Shown in pieces: positions 27,413 through 40,410 of a DNA stretch of 64,000 bases. This DNA is from Phoronis australis (Eukaryota > Animalia > Phoronida), in assembly GCA_002633005.1 (NCBI GenBank), contig NMRA01000378.1, positions 372,618 to 436,617 on the forward strand, written 5' to 3'. Each line of letters starts with the position of its first letter. The stretch's first letter is position 1. The notes beneath the pieces were generated by a model. The model made no database searches, was not told the DNA's origin, and saw nothing but the letters and a program-made list of their open reading frames with translations. Position numbers and translations under genes: made by a program.

Positions 27413-27476
27413 TCACTTCACTCTATGGATGTAAATATGATCCTGATGATGTCTAATGAAAAGACGAAACGTTGAA
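27245..27476. mobile_element. Inverted pair of Penelope-like ends flanking a (TA)n microsatellite (27336-27408), each with a hammerhead-like core
   Basis: 47-bp arms 27245-27291 / 27430-27476; CTGATGA-t-GTCT-loop-AGAC-GAAA. Confidence 0.7.
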
Positions 27477-28489
27477 TTGAACATGAAGTTTTTTATTTGT
27501 GCGGCGATCGTCCGGTTTTTGATCTACTTATTTATGGTCCACAGCGTTTGCACGCGAAAACTCTTTCTTTTTTGTAATGCTTATTACATGTTTCATATTT
27601 TGTGCAATCAGTTCGTAACAAATTTGTTGTATTTAAAATAGTCTTCAATTGCCCAAAAGACCAAATTCGTTTTTGTGTTGGCAACAATGACGCGATTGCT
27701 TTGGAAATCGCCTTAAGTAAAGGTTTGACAAAGAGAGAATTATGAGTTTCTGAGTGATTCACCAGAGCTTCGATTAAAATTGACATCTTGCCAGCAGCTT
27801 CTGTTTTTTCACCATCACTCAGAGTCTAGTATCTTTAAAAAATGAAGTAATTTTCTTCATTACACAGTGGAGCAGACGACGGAAACGGAGTCGTAGTGCC
27901 CAGCGCCACTGCCGGTCGCCTGAGATATCGCGGGAGAGCCTATACTTAGCCATAGTTGCGTTACGATTGCGCCGTGTTCCGAATTTGACACTTGAAATTG
28001 GATCTGAGCCCCCCCCAAACATTGAAACTGCACACATTTAAATCTTGTTTCAGTCGTATAATTTCAATTACCGGGGATAATTAATAAATTCAACATTTCC
28101 CTATGCTCTTGCTGTTTTCTTTTTTTGCGGCAGCCAAGGGGGGGGGGAGGCGGGCCCCCTGCCCCCCACATCCGCCTATGGCATACCACAGTCGTTAATT
28201 ACGGAAGCCTTTGACACTGCAGTAGCCCCATCACGAACCCCATTTAGCGCCAAAAAACTTGAGATGGCGCTTGCACTAATCGATGTCTATGACATCATCG
28301 TTACAACGAATTTGGCTTTCACAATGTTTCCATTGTATTGGAATCAGCGACGAGTAGTCCTTTAAAATTAGAACAAAATAAGTGTAAAATCATGGAAACA
28401 CGTTAATTGTTTATTTCATGTCATTCAATATTAAAGTTGATCAAAATCATTACCTTTAGAATTTTTCATTCAATTATTTAGCGCGCATC

Positions 28490-29112
28490 CTAATACGGGT
28501 CCGTATGGGAGTCACAGGAGGATTACTGGGGTCGCCGAAACAGCCGAAAAAAAAAACTCTTCGCCCGAATTGTTATCATTCAATTTCACAATGTTTATTA
28601 TAGTGTAGTTTGTTTGATACAAAAACTTTGATATTAGGAACTTTGCATTGACGTCTTCTTGAAGACGAGGGTGTGAACGCTGCGCAATTCCGATACGGGC
28701 CGCCGTCGAGTGTGTGTCCCGTATAATAGAATTGGAGACAGTGGGCCGTTTAATTTGGTGCAAAATACGTGGACACATTACAACACATATCAGCTTGATC
28801 TTTTCGTACAAAGCAATTATATTCACATTCACTGACAATTTTGTATTTGAAACTCAATTTTCAAAATTATTCGCCCTGAAATACTGCAACCCGCAGTCTC
28901 CGCAGTTGTGAGTATCTGCAATGAATTAAAGTATGAATTGATTGCATGGAAACATTCCGAATTATAAAGATTTGTAATCAATTGCACGTTTTTAATTCAA
29001 TCAAAAATATATTCCGATATGGGCCGCCAGTATCTGAATTCCGTTAGGCCTATGGGAACGACCCAAGTCAGAATATTCCGATTTGGGCCGGATTCACTAT
29101 ACGCCGGGCCGG
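28490..29112. mobile_element. MITE-like element with repeated attccgataYgggccg motifs
   Basis: Motif copies at ~28492, 28688, 29011 and 29075. Confidence 0.5.
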
Positions 29113-29443
29113 AACAGTAACACGAAACGTCGAAGTGCGCACTGCAAATCTTAATTGTAGCCAGTCAGATAGCTCAATAGGAGTAAGGGAAATCTGCATA
29201 CACAGCAATGACTCTCAGCTCTATGTTCATCTCTGATTTTTTTCGCATTTGACACATGTATCCACATTGTTGCCGGAAATCTATTCTCTGACCTACAACT
29301 ACATGTATAACCCAGACTTGTAGGTTGAAATTTCTTCACTCTACCTCAGTATGTACTCAGCTCAAGTGTCTTTCATTTTGTGCTCGAGTTTAGTCAGGAT
29401 TGTAATTACATACAGGTAATTACCATTTAGATTTTATTTTCAG

Positions 29444-29450
29444 GCAATTG
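29444..29450 (+). CDS. Candidate 7-nt micro-exon A1 (GCAATTG)
   Basis: attttattttcag acceptor and gttggt donor; paralog at 35867. Confidence 0.5.
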
Positions 29451-30052
29451 GTTGGTCAACGGCACGGATGACATTTGAAACTTACACAGTTTAATAAATG
29501 TACTGACGACCATGGAAAAATAAATATCTTTCAAAGGCACTTTCATTTGTTTCGTGACTGCTGCATTTCTCGCTCCATGAATGTCGATGACTGCGAGTGT
29601 GAATTCTAATCATCTTCAAAACGCGTTTGTGGACCATGTTATAAAATCCTCAATGCAGTACTGTTGAAGTCTGTAAAAAGGCCATGCTGTGGTCATCGTT
29701 ATTCATAAATGCCAGCGAAGACGGAGAGCTACGGCCTGATCATCTGTCTGTCACAAGTCTTGATACATGTAGCTGAGCTGAGGTGCGTCACGTCAATGCC
29801 AGAGCAATTGAATGAAGCGGCAGTAAATCTGAAATTTTCATATATAAACCTGAGCTGTCAGCTCAACTACCTTTCGAGACACACGAATGGGCTTGTAGCC
29901 GTCCGTGGTGTATGTCCCTAGGCAGACATCACAGGCGCCTGTAATTCCAGTCTAATGAATACATGTAGTTTAGGACAACGTGAAAGTCGCACTGGTCTAA
30001 CGTATCCATATAACTGTTGCATTTTACCTTTTATGCTTGCTTTTCGATGCAG

Positions 30053-30063
30053 TTTTGGTTTTG
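30053..30063 (+). CDS. Candidate 11-nt micro-exon A2 (TTTTGGTTTTG)
   Basis: Long pyrimidine tract ending gatgcag; gtgagt donor; paralog at 40400. Confidence 0.55.
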
Positions 30064-30335
30064 GTGAGTGCTCAAGGCCTGGAAAACAAACGTATTTATT
30101 TATTATTGTAATATTTACAATAAGGATAGACCCATCAGTGGCCACGGGGCCCTCAGTAAAAACATACAAAGATACTAAGACAAACAAACAGAATTACAAA
30201 ATGAAAGGCAAGTTTTAAATGATCAACAATGAATTTGAAACTGACATGGATAGACTGATGAAACAAAATAAATGATAATAAACAATAAACAGAAGATACG
30301 AAACGAAAGATAACATGATTAAATAAAAATAAAAA

Positions 30336-31250
30336 TAGATTATTACATGGCGAAGTCGTTATCCCCCGTATTCTAGAGCCCTCGTGGATTTTGGAGAATT
30401 ATCGCCCGAGGGGCTTCAGCTCCGAAGGCGATAATTCTCCAAAATCCACGAGGGCTCTAGAAAAGGGGCATAACAACTGAGAACATGTAATAATCTACAT
30501 TGTATTTATACTACATACTAAACGAGAAACAATTCAATGAATCGATCTACCTTTCTCGACTAGCCTCGGCTTTGTAACTACTTTCTATGTCAAAGGCCCG
30601 GGGACGGAGGTCGTGAGCTTTTAAGAAAAGCCGAGCTATTTTTGTCAAATAATGCTTTTACTCAAAACCAATTGAAAATTTAAACAAAATAGAAATAGAA
30701 TGAATCTTTAAATTAAGGTTTAGCAACTATTATAGCTCACTACACATTTTATCATGCCAAGCTTCGACCGGGAAAATATCGTCTGCTAAAGTAGGTTACC
30801 ACTGGTAACTGATTATAATGCTCAATTCAAAGGATCCCGACGACACGATACCTTATTCAAATAGGAGATCGGTGATTTACAAGTGAGAGAACATGAGAGA
30901 AAAAAGTCACTGAAGTAAAATATCGTTTTTATGGAAATCATGCGTCTTATTTTTCAAAGCTTATGAATGTCGATACAATGCCCTTTGCTGAACATGCGGT
31001 CGTTGCTCGTGCTCATTTAAGTATTCTTTTTTCACGTTTGATGTCGTCAGCCGCTGAGTGGTGTAGTCGACGACTCGAAACTCTTGCGGCCCAGGTTCGA
31101 AACTCTTGCGGCCCGGGTTCAAAACTCTTGCGGGCCGGGTTCGAAACCGGCCTCGGTTCCCGCCAAAATGTTATCTCACTAGTGAGATAACTAAATGGTT
31201 TATTACACTGTTGTATTTGCCATTCGAGGCTAATATTGTAGTATAAATAT
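30336..31250. mobile_element. Non-autonomous element with a ~160-bp terminal hairpin (30336-30497), an asymmetric inverted repeat and 3x ~21-bp repeats
   Basis: tagattattacatg...catgtaataatcta; tttatactaca (30504) vs tgtagtataaa (31237); absent from paralogous unit B. Confidence 0.7.
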
Positions 31251-34200
31251 GTTAATGTGAGAGGCTATAATAGTCGAGAAACATTTTTAATTTAATATTA
31301 ACGTATCTTTGCACGTGCATGATCTTTTTCTTCTGGATTCTGCTATTCGTGATTTTATCTTGTTTTGCTCAAAGTATCCATCACTTTGTCCAAATCTGAG
31401 GGCTGACTGTCTCCTCCACTTACCCACGCCGGCATTTTGACGAAGTGCCCATTACTGTATGATTGGGTTTATTGGAAAATCTCTTTAAATTTACGAAGCT
31501 GGATTCGTCTCATAATGTCCTGTAAGGCGTAAGTAGCTAAGGACTTTACAGACCAAGTTTCTGTGTCTACCTAGTTCGTGGTGTTCGTCTTGTGTATCAA
31601 AATCTGGGTATGGCGCCTAGTGCTGGCTAAAATTTCATTTTTTAATGTTCTGGGAGTGTACCACTTCTGAATGTTGGACCTACTCGTACGTGAACCGGAA
31701 GTATCTGGACACCGTCAAATTAATGCCGCGTCACACTAGCCGGTAAATTTGCAAGTACATGACATGAAATTTTCATTTTCTTCGACTGCCCGCTTGGAGC
31801 GATTCATTATCCAGCGAGTTCAAACAGCTCATTTCCATATATTTGATGTTGCTTAATTATAGCACAAGTCCATTCAGGTGAAGCTAATAATATGGCGCAG
31901 ACTGCTTTCATTATAAGTAGAATACAACTAGCTGAAGTCAATTCAATATTGATGTGCGTAAACCAAGGTACATTGAACCGATTTTCATGGATTGCACACC
32001 GATTTCGGTTACTTTTATGGTCTACACATTTGTGGAATCAGTAATTCATCAAATTGTGTAGTTTTTCATAAAGGAGTTTTAAACTTTGTTGTTCATTACA
32101 TTTGATGATCCTGCTCGCATGGCGCGACTAACTTTGTTCATGGATGGAATACGTTTACGGTGAATCCCTGAGAGAAATTTAAGTCTAGACGCTATATAAA
32201 ACTATTTAAAGAAAAGCAGCACCAAACCCCAACAACTTTGGCTATTTTTTATCCAAATGTTACACAAACTAATTTATCTACATTGTGTGGTAAGTTAGCA
32301 AAAAATCACCACTTTCTTAGTTGCATGTGATGCTGTTTGGGGTCGCGGCCAGCTCGCAACACCCCACGATCAGTGCTGTAGTGTTAAAATTAGAGGTGCG
32401 TACTGCGCTCAAAGCCCAGCGTATCGCCTTGGGCATTGAATTTTAAAAGTTCATTGAACTCGAAAAAATCAGACCCACAGGCCTGTTTTTGACTCACGAG
32501 TGGGTATTTAATTCGAGTCTACAGTGACGGATCTAAAATGTCACAGAAAGGGGGCCCAACCAGACATATTCAAAGGCAGGGGTCCGCGTGCATTCCCAGC
32601 GAACTCTGAAGAGAGGGCCCAATCACAATTATAAAGGAAAATTGGCACGTAAAGCCAAGAAACGGTATTCTGGAAGCGTTTTTAATCGCCCCTTTTGTGT
32701 GTCCTGCGGGCCCTTTGATCCCAATTTATCCGCCTATGGCGTGACACCATAGTTGTTACTTTATCTTGAACTCTTAATCTAAAATTTCACAACACGGAAA
32801 ACATATGTTACCCCGTACGCTGCAAAGCCTAATTACACAAACACGATGTTACACAAGCAGTGACGTTTTATTAATGAGCTGAACACCACGTATAATGCGC
32901 AAACGTTCATGCTTTCACTGTATGTACTGTACATGCACAAACGTCAGGCAACGTTTTCCTGAAAGCAGATACTAGTGACCTGTCTAAAGATAGAGTGCTT
33001 GGTGACAGAATCCTCCACAGATTTCCTTGTCGGCAGTCTTGTTCTTTTCCAAGTTACATGATCTGGGCTAAGAACTATCAACAGTTCTGTATTATAGAGT
33101 CCAAATTTTGGAATAAGATTGTGAGTCGAACATGGGAAGTGGAGGATCATTGTCCTTGCAAAACAGCAAGCTGGAGGTGGTTTCTAACAGGGAACAAGAG
33201 CTATCATCAGAAAAATCTTAATGCAGTAGTCCACTTGTCCCACAAAGAGCTTGGTAGGTTGTCTACTAAACCGTCTACTCCATTTCTACGAACTCACGCA
33301 TTCCTCCGATTGCCGTTGTGGCAACTAACCCAAACCGCTCGCAAATACGTCTGACTTCGTGCTCGTGTTATCCCAGATCCCATCGGCCACGCTTTGAATT
33401 GCAAGATGCTCAGAAAAGAGCAGAATGGCTTCTAATCATTATCAAGCGAAGGCCGCTCCATGTTCATTACAACATTTTGAATAACCTGTCCAGACGTACG
33501 GCCACGGTTGTTCCTTTAAATGCTTGTTTAAGCTCCAGTGACCCAAACCTCTTGTCTTGAGAGCAGTGCAGTGGCGAATGCCTGCCGGTATAGACAAACC
33601 CTAGACTAAGGTCACAAGCCATCCGACGAATAAGCTTATCTGCTTGTGGCATAGTGGTACCGGATTGTGCATCAGCGCATGATTCTGATTGAAGGCGGGA
33701 CTTTCCAAGTATCGCAGTAATCCCAAGAACATGCTCCCATCACTTGAATTACAAATTCTGTCTTCACTGGCTAACTCGAAACGTTGATTTAATACATGTA
33801 TGTTTAATGGTAACAACACTGCCGTTACAGATCTGAAACTATTCGCCACCCTACGAACGTCAAGCGCGGGATCTATTAGAACAAACTGGTACACAAGGTA
33901 AGCAGCAACCGTCGCAGCAGCTTTCAATTTGTATTGTTTTTTGGGTGATCGGCTTTACAGTGAAAAGAGTTAATCTATAAATACTCTGAAATGACCGCAC
34001 CCAATCGCCTCTGTAGAGCATCCTCAACTGCCAACACTAGCCAGTGGTACAAGCAGTGCCATGGGAAATGTCTGGGAAGCGTTAGCGTAATCTTGTTGCA
34101 ACTCCAGAATGTATTCTGGTGAAGACACTGGCGCAGTCACTTGCAAATTCCACAAGATACTTTGTGTTAAGCAGATACGCTTAAATGGATTCCGAAGTTT

Positions 34201-35866
34201 CTTATTCAAGCTGTATATTATCAAGCATGTAAAATGGATCGCTACTACCAATACATGCTCTTATGTAAATGACCAGTGATTTGTTTGTTGATTGTCGTTT
34301 CATTGGAGAGCAATCTCTACAATTCCTCAATTAAGTTGCATTGGGCTCTTCTCATTTGGAAAAATCCGTTGCACTGCCCAACAGCTGCGTGTACATGTAG
34401 GTACCGCGAGGGCTTCAAAGAACACATCTGAAATGAAGCTTTTACTTTTTACGACTCACTCCCGAGTTCTGCCAATGCCTCATCGAAGCATTACTGGCGG
34501 TGGCGCGCCGAAATGTTCGGCAACAATGCTGTTGTCAGCATAGCAGCTCATTGATACTGTAAGCTATCGCATCCAGAAGACTGCGTCCCACGAAACCATC
34601 ACTTAAAATACGGAACAGTGCGTGGGGTATACATTGAAATGTAAAAAGGTGGTTGGCTGCGTCTACGCGCGCCTGCGCTTCTCTACGCCAGTACTGTCCA
34701 CGAGTACAATCAACTGGATCACTGAGGCTTGAGAAAATAGCGCACCACTTTAACGCATTATGTGATAGACCAGAGCCCATTGTGCCGTTTCAGGCTAACC
34801 AAGATCTGATCAAATCTTAGACATATGTCTGAAAGGCTTGGTTTCTACTTTCCTAATACTGCGTAGAGTTTAATAACACTAGTACTGTAGTTCGATGAAA
34901 AACCACGAGTTCGCGAGATTACGCGAAGTATTGCATTGCATTTTAAATGAAAACACGTGGTTGATTTTGGCTACATTTTTCAAGTCGCGAGACTGCAACT
35001 GGACTCTACCTTGTTTCGTACGACACAGCATGTAGTGCAGAGTCTAGTGGCAGTTTATTGAACAGCAAGACGGTGTCAGCAAGATGATGATGAGAGACAA
35101 TTCGGAACCAATGCACGGTTGCCTTCATGAAACTTTCCGATGTACGACTCCAGTTATCTAAGTTTACTGCGGAGTTTGGAAAAACCTATTGTCCATTCTT
35201 ATACCGTTTTAGTGTTACTTCTAAGTCAAATCGAGAGTGAACTATAAGTTGAATTCTAAATTTTGTGGAACATAAGTAGAGAACTGTTAACTCATGGCAA
35301 CGCCCAAGATTTTTGGACTAAGCCTCTATTTATTTTCGAATTATTTTCATCGAACTAAAGACTCGATTTTAGTCATATTACCAGAGCTTGTCATGAATCA
35401 GAAGGAGCTCATGATAAAGATAAGGTGATAGAAAGAGATTGCTCGTGCGAGTTATGAAAGACCCAAGTAAGCAAAATTATAAATCACAACTAATGGATTT
35501 TGTTACGAAATTACTTTTCCGACGTTTTCCGTTCTCTCCGTCCTTATTCTAAGAGAGGTTCTTGCAGTTTTTGTCTGTGGAAATCGACAGAAGGTGACGA
35601 ATTTTATGCGTGAACCAGACGGCGTTGCAAAGTCGAGAAAGTTACTTTGTTTTCATTTTCAAAAGTTGTGACTGATGATTTTTTCGCACTGGGACCCGCA
35701 ACACTGCTTCCGGAAATCTGTTCTACGAACTTAAACTACATGTATAATTTTGGCTTGTATTTTGAAACTTCTCCACTCTACCACAGTCTGTACTCAACAA
35801 AAGTACCTTTTATTTTGTGCTCTAGCATATGACGATTGTAATTAATGTTTAATACTTTATTTTCAG

Positions 35867-35873
35867 TGAATTG
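35867..35873 (+). CDS. Candidate 7-nt micro-exon B1 (TGAATTG)
   Basis: ctttattttcag acceptor and a perfect G|gtaagt donor 7 nt apart. Confidence 0.6.
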
Positions 35874-36069
35874 GTAAGTCAACGACGTGGACGACATTCG
35901 AAATTTACACAGATTAATAAATGTACTGAACACCAAGGCAAATTAAAGATACTGTCATACTGACTTTCATGTGACTCTTTATTGCTACCCTTCTCACTCC
36001 CATGAATATCGATGGCTGCGAGTTTGAATTTCGATCAACTTCAAAACGAGGTTGAAGCAGTGAACACCT

Positions 36070-36850
36070 GGACACATTGCATTCTCGGGGAATAGTTGCC
36101 GTCGCAGTTACAAAAGAGATATGTACGCTGAATTGATGAAGGTCCCGTTCTTGCAAAACAACGCCTGAAGAATGGTGAAAAACGAAAATGTGGCAGGGTC
36201 AATTTCGCACCAAAAACCTTGAAGTAGGGTGCATTTTTCCTTTTTTTTCCATTGTGTCCATTATCATCTTTGTTCTTTTTCGTCGGGCTCTATTTCTCTT
36301 CATTTTTTTCACTGTTTTGTTAAGTTCACTGTTTTCTGTTCTTTCTCTTTCTGTCTTTTTGTCTGTCTTGTACAGCTCTTTTCTTTTTGTGTCCATCTGT
36401 TGAATTTTAGTGTCATCTGGTGATAGACTTGTGCATGTCTTCCTTTTTTTCTCACGTAGTATTCTGATTTCTTCTGTATCCCTGAATGCTGGAAAGGAGC
36501 AAAATGATAATAATATTTAAAAAAGGAGACCGAAGTGACATAAAGAACTATAGACCTATAAGCTCATTAGCCCATACATACAAACTGTTCACAAGGCTAT
36601 CATAAAATTGAATGGAGAAACGACTGGATGAAAATCAACCCCGAGAACAATTAGGGTTTAGAAAGAGCTACTCGACAACAGACCATCTGCAAGCCTTTGG
36701 ACAAACAATTGGAGAGATGACATCGTGAAGACGAGAGGCACAACGTGGATGAGAGCGGTAAGAGACAGAAAAAGTTGGTAGGCATTGTCAGAGGGCTACA
36801 TCCTGCAGTGTATGGACATTGTCTAGAGTCAGAGTCAGAGTCAGTCAGGG
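36070..36850 (+). mobile_element. RTE-clade LINE fragment with 5' inversion, internal deletion and (AGAGTC)n tail
   Basis: +: [16 protein letters not shown]...LDENQPREQLGFRKSYSTTDHL then TWMRAVRDRKSW..EGYILQ; -: ELNKTVKK segment at 36199-36480. Confidence 0.85.
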
Positions 36851-39149
36851 TGCATTTTGTAGTCATAAAAGAATCGAAAGATGAAATCTTGAGGATTACA
36901 CTATTGCAGTGGGCTAAATGCCGCGGTAAAAACTATGGTGGGTAGAAAAATTGGACAATCTTGAGCAGCACATCACGGCCAAGGGGTTCTCTCCAAGCTA
37001 AAGTAGGCAGTTAGGGATGTGTGGTTGAGAGTAAGAAGTCAGAATCAAGTTAGATGTAAAACAGACAATAAAATGTGTACTATAAAAATGATGAAAAGTT
37101 CTACCCCGAGACAATACAAAAATATCCTACCGAAACAATGAAAACCCTAACAGAGACGATACAGTCCAAATGAGGTCCGAGACAACATCAAAACAAAAAA
37201 TACCTATCGGAGACGGTACCCCAAAGCCAAATTAACACAAACCCTGAGAGAGCAAAATACCCACACGACAAAAGGTGGCGGCACGTCTCTAACTTTTTTC
37301 ATGCACAAGCTAATGATTGAGAATATTTTATACAACCTTAGACTAGCTGTCGAGAATCTTTGATACAAGAGAGTCCTGGCTTGTGTTATGCATAGAGAGA
37401 CCCCCTAGCCCGGGATCAAAACCCTGTCTATACTTCGGACGAGTCACAAGTATCTCCCGGGCCAGAGCGCAGTTGTAGTACAAAAGGCAATTACAGCAAG
37501 ATAATAAAAAATTGGGAGTATTTTATACAACATAATCCTGACCTGTATTCCTATTTTATAGCAAAATTGCAGGATTTAAAATCAGAATGCCTGCATTTTT
37601 AATTACGCATTCGTAAGGCTTCCTCCAGGCCCCTCGGAGACGGAAATTTCCTCCCGTTAGCTGTATGACTTCTAAAGAAGGTGTCCAGCACACCAATATT
37701 CACATGGGTATCGAAGTCAGGATGCTGTGTCAAGCAGGGCACTATCGACCATTTCATATGAAGACAATAGCATTAATACAACTCCTTGGGCAAACTGTAT
37801 CTCAGGGTAAATGCTGCTCCCCAAAGTTATCAAATAATATATAGTTTAACAGGTTCATGGTAACCCTTAATTTTAAGTTTTGCAATTTAAACACACTCTG
37901 CTTGGGTCTTCATCAGGACTAATACAATAGTACAGCAAATCTGATGACACATAGACACGCCCCTTAAAAGTTATACTTCAAAGAGAGATTTACCAGACAA
38001 AAATGAGACCACTTTCCACAAGTAGTTAGTATGAAAGACACATTCTGATAGGCTGTGTAGTATAGCAAGTACATGCACGCGCACACAGCCTAAAAATGGA
38101 GGTCTCGAATTTTTGAGAATGTGTACATATACATGTAACTAAGAAAAGATTGGTGGAAGTGGACTTTTGTCTCATTTTCTACTTTTTCGGAGTTTTTGTT
38201 TCTCTGGGTCAAACCTGTTTTCCCACTACGTCAAATAGGGGGGGCTCGTTCGATTCCCGGAGCCCCCTGGATACGGGCATGGGAAAAAAGCTGTGTGTGT
38301 ACAGCAGAATGTGTCAAAGAATAAGGTTTGTTTACTGTTCTAAGAAAGAAGTTGACTCAATAATCCCTGCTTAGCGTACATAATCTTCAGCAAGATAGCC
38401 TGAGGCACGGGTATCATGTGATAATGTAGAGTAGTGCCTGTGAACTTCATACACACATCAAATCAGACTGTTTACACTAAAACAACAGTTTCTTATTTTA
38501 CTTTATACGTGAATTGTTCCTCTTGGATATGACGACTACACAGTCGCAGGTTATGCAGCTCTGTTAAGGATTTCCTTGCTAGGTCAGATCTATGCATACT
38601 CTGCATCCAACTCGCACAACTAAAATTGAACCATACACTGAGAAATACTCTACACGCCAACAAACAACATCATTACATTGTGCAAGCTTGCAAACACTCT
38701 CCACTAAGTGCTACAGTATCTCACCCCAGTTTTCACACAGTAAACAAGGCCAGCTGACCAGGACACTGGGTCTGGCCCTGTAACATGAACTGTAGACTAC
38801 ACAATGACTAGTCTTCTTTATCCAAACACAGCTGATACAACTCCACTTTAATTTTGTTACATTCCTGGCAGAAGATGTGCAGCCAATACCGACTGAGTCT
38901 CATACGTATTGTCAACTTCTAGTAACTATCCCTGCTACTATTATTATTCTACTGCAGTACTGACTCCTGTTCTCTGATCAGCACTTGCCAGTAGTAGTAT
39001 GGAATATATAATGAATATACACTTACCTCTCCTTGTCTTTAGGCAAGAGAAACAAACTATTTTGTAAGCACTATAGGACACACTGGCATTAGTCATGCAT
39101 GGTATTATGCTGTATTTGAGCTCCTCTCAGAAGGTGGCGCTACTTGTAA

Positions 39150-39820
39150 CGCTGTGACGTATTTAGGTCATAAGTCGGACATCTTAGGTAACTATAAAAT
39201 CTTTTCTCAAATGGTCATCCCACATAAGCAACATCCAAATGAAAGCAAATAAAACTTTGGTATTTCTTCGGCGGTACTTGCGTATAAGCAGCCAACGAAA
39301 TAAGGAGTTTGCGTATAAAACAATGGTTCGACCCACCTTGGAATACGCCTCTACTGTTTGGGACCCTTATACCCATAAAGACATTGCAGCTGTAGAGAAA
39401 GTACATGTGCAGAGGAGAGCTGCTCGCTGGGTCACGAAACGGTTCAATCGTCTATCCTCTGTAGGTTCAAAGTTAGAAACCTTAAACTGGCCCACCCTCA
39501 GCGACAGACGCAAAATCTGTCGGGTGAAAATATTTTACAAATATGATAAGAAGTCGGTGATCATCAACACTGACGCTGCCCTTATCACAGATCTTGCTAT
39601 CTCTGGCGTCCGTACCAGAAGGTCATCCAATTATAGTATTCCAATGAATAGGACGCATTACAGGAAGAAGACATTCTTTCCTAGAACAGTCGCGGACTGG
39701 AATAGCTTGCCGGGCTACATTACATCAGTTCAATCTCTTGATACCTTTGTCAGCAAGCTCTGCCTTCCTGAAGTAACAAAGTGAGGTGCCTCCGTTTGGG
39801 GCACCCGCTTACTGACTGCC
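39150..39820 (+). mobile_element. 5'-truncated CR1-like LINE 3' end
   Basis: KANKTLxFLRR, AYKTMVRPTLEYASTVWDP, VQRRAARWV, FFPRTVADWNSLP. Confidence 0.9.
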
Positions 39821-40399
39821 TTATCTGTAAACGATCTAGTTATGTTAACCAACCTCTGAAGTGACGTCTACTATGTATATATATCGTTTTAAACCTGCCA
39901 AAGTTGTTCTCGTTTTTTTGTTGATCTTCATTGTTATACAATGACATAGTACTCTGAAGACAGTGTGGTAACTTAAACCAAGAAGAAGAAAAATGTTTGT
40001 AAAAAGACCGTGTTGTGGTCATCGTCGCAAATGCTAGCGAAGACGGAGTGCTGCAATTGATCATCTGTCTGTCACAAGTGAAGGATAGTTGAGGTGAGGG
40101 TCCGGGTCACGTCAAAGCCTGAACAATTGAGTGAAGCAACAATTCACGACATTTTCCTGAGCTGTCAACTCAACTATCGTTCAATTGAGACAGAACATTG
40201 AGCTCGTAGCCGTATGTGGTGTACGTACTTAACTGAAGCAGACATCACAGACTTACGGGCACCTGTAATTTCAGTCTAGTTCAGGGGAGTGAGAAAGTCT
40301 CCGAATGTATCCATGTAACCGTTGCATTTCACATTTTATGCTTGCCTTTATCAACAAAAAATCTGGACTTAGATGGATCTAATATTTCGTTAGTTGCAG

Positions 40400-40410
40400 G
40401 TTTAGTTTTA
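40400..40410 (+). CDS. Candidate 11-nt micro-exon B2 (GTTTAGTTTTA)
   Basis: ttgcag acceptor with upstream ctaat branch-like motif; gtgagt donor; same length and position as A2. Confidence 0.5.
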
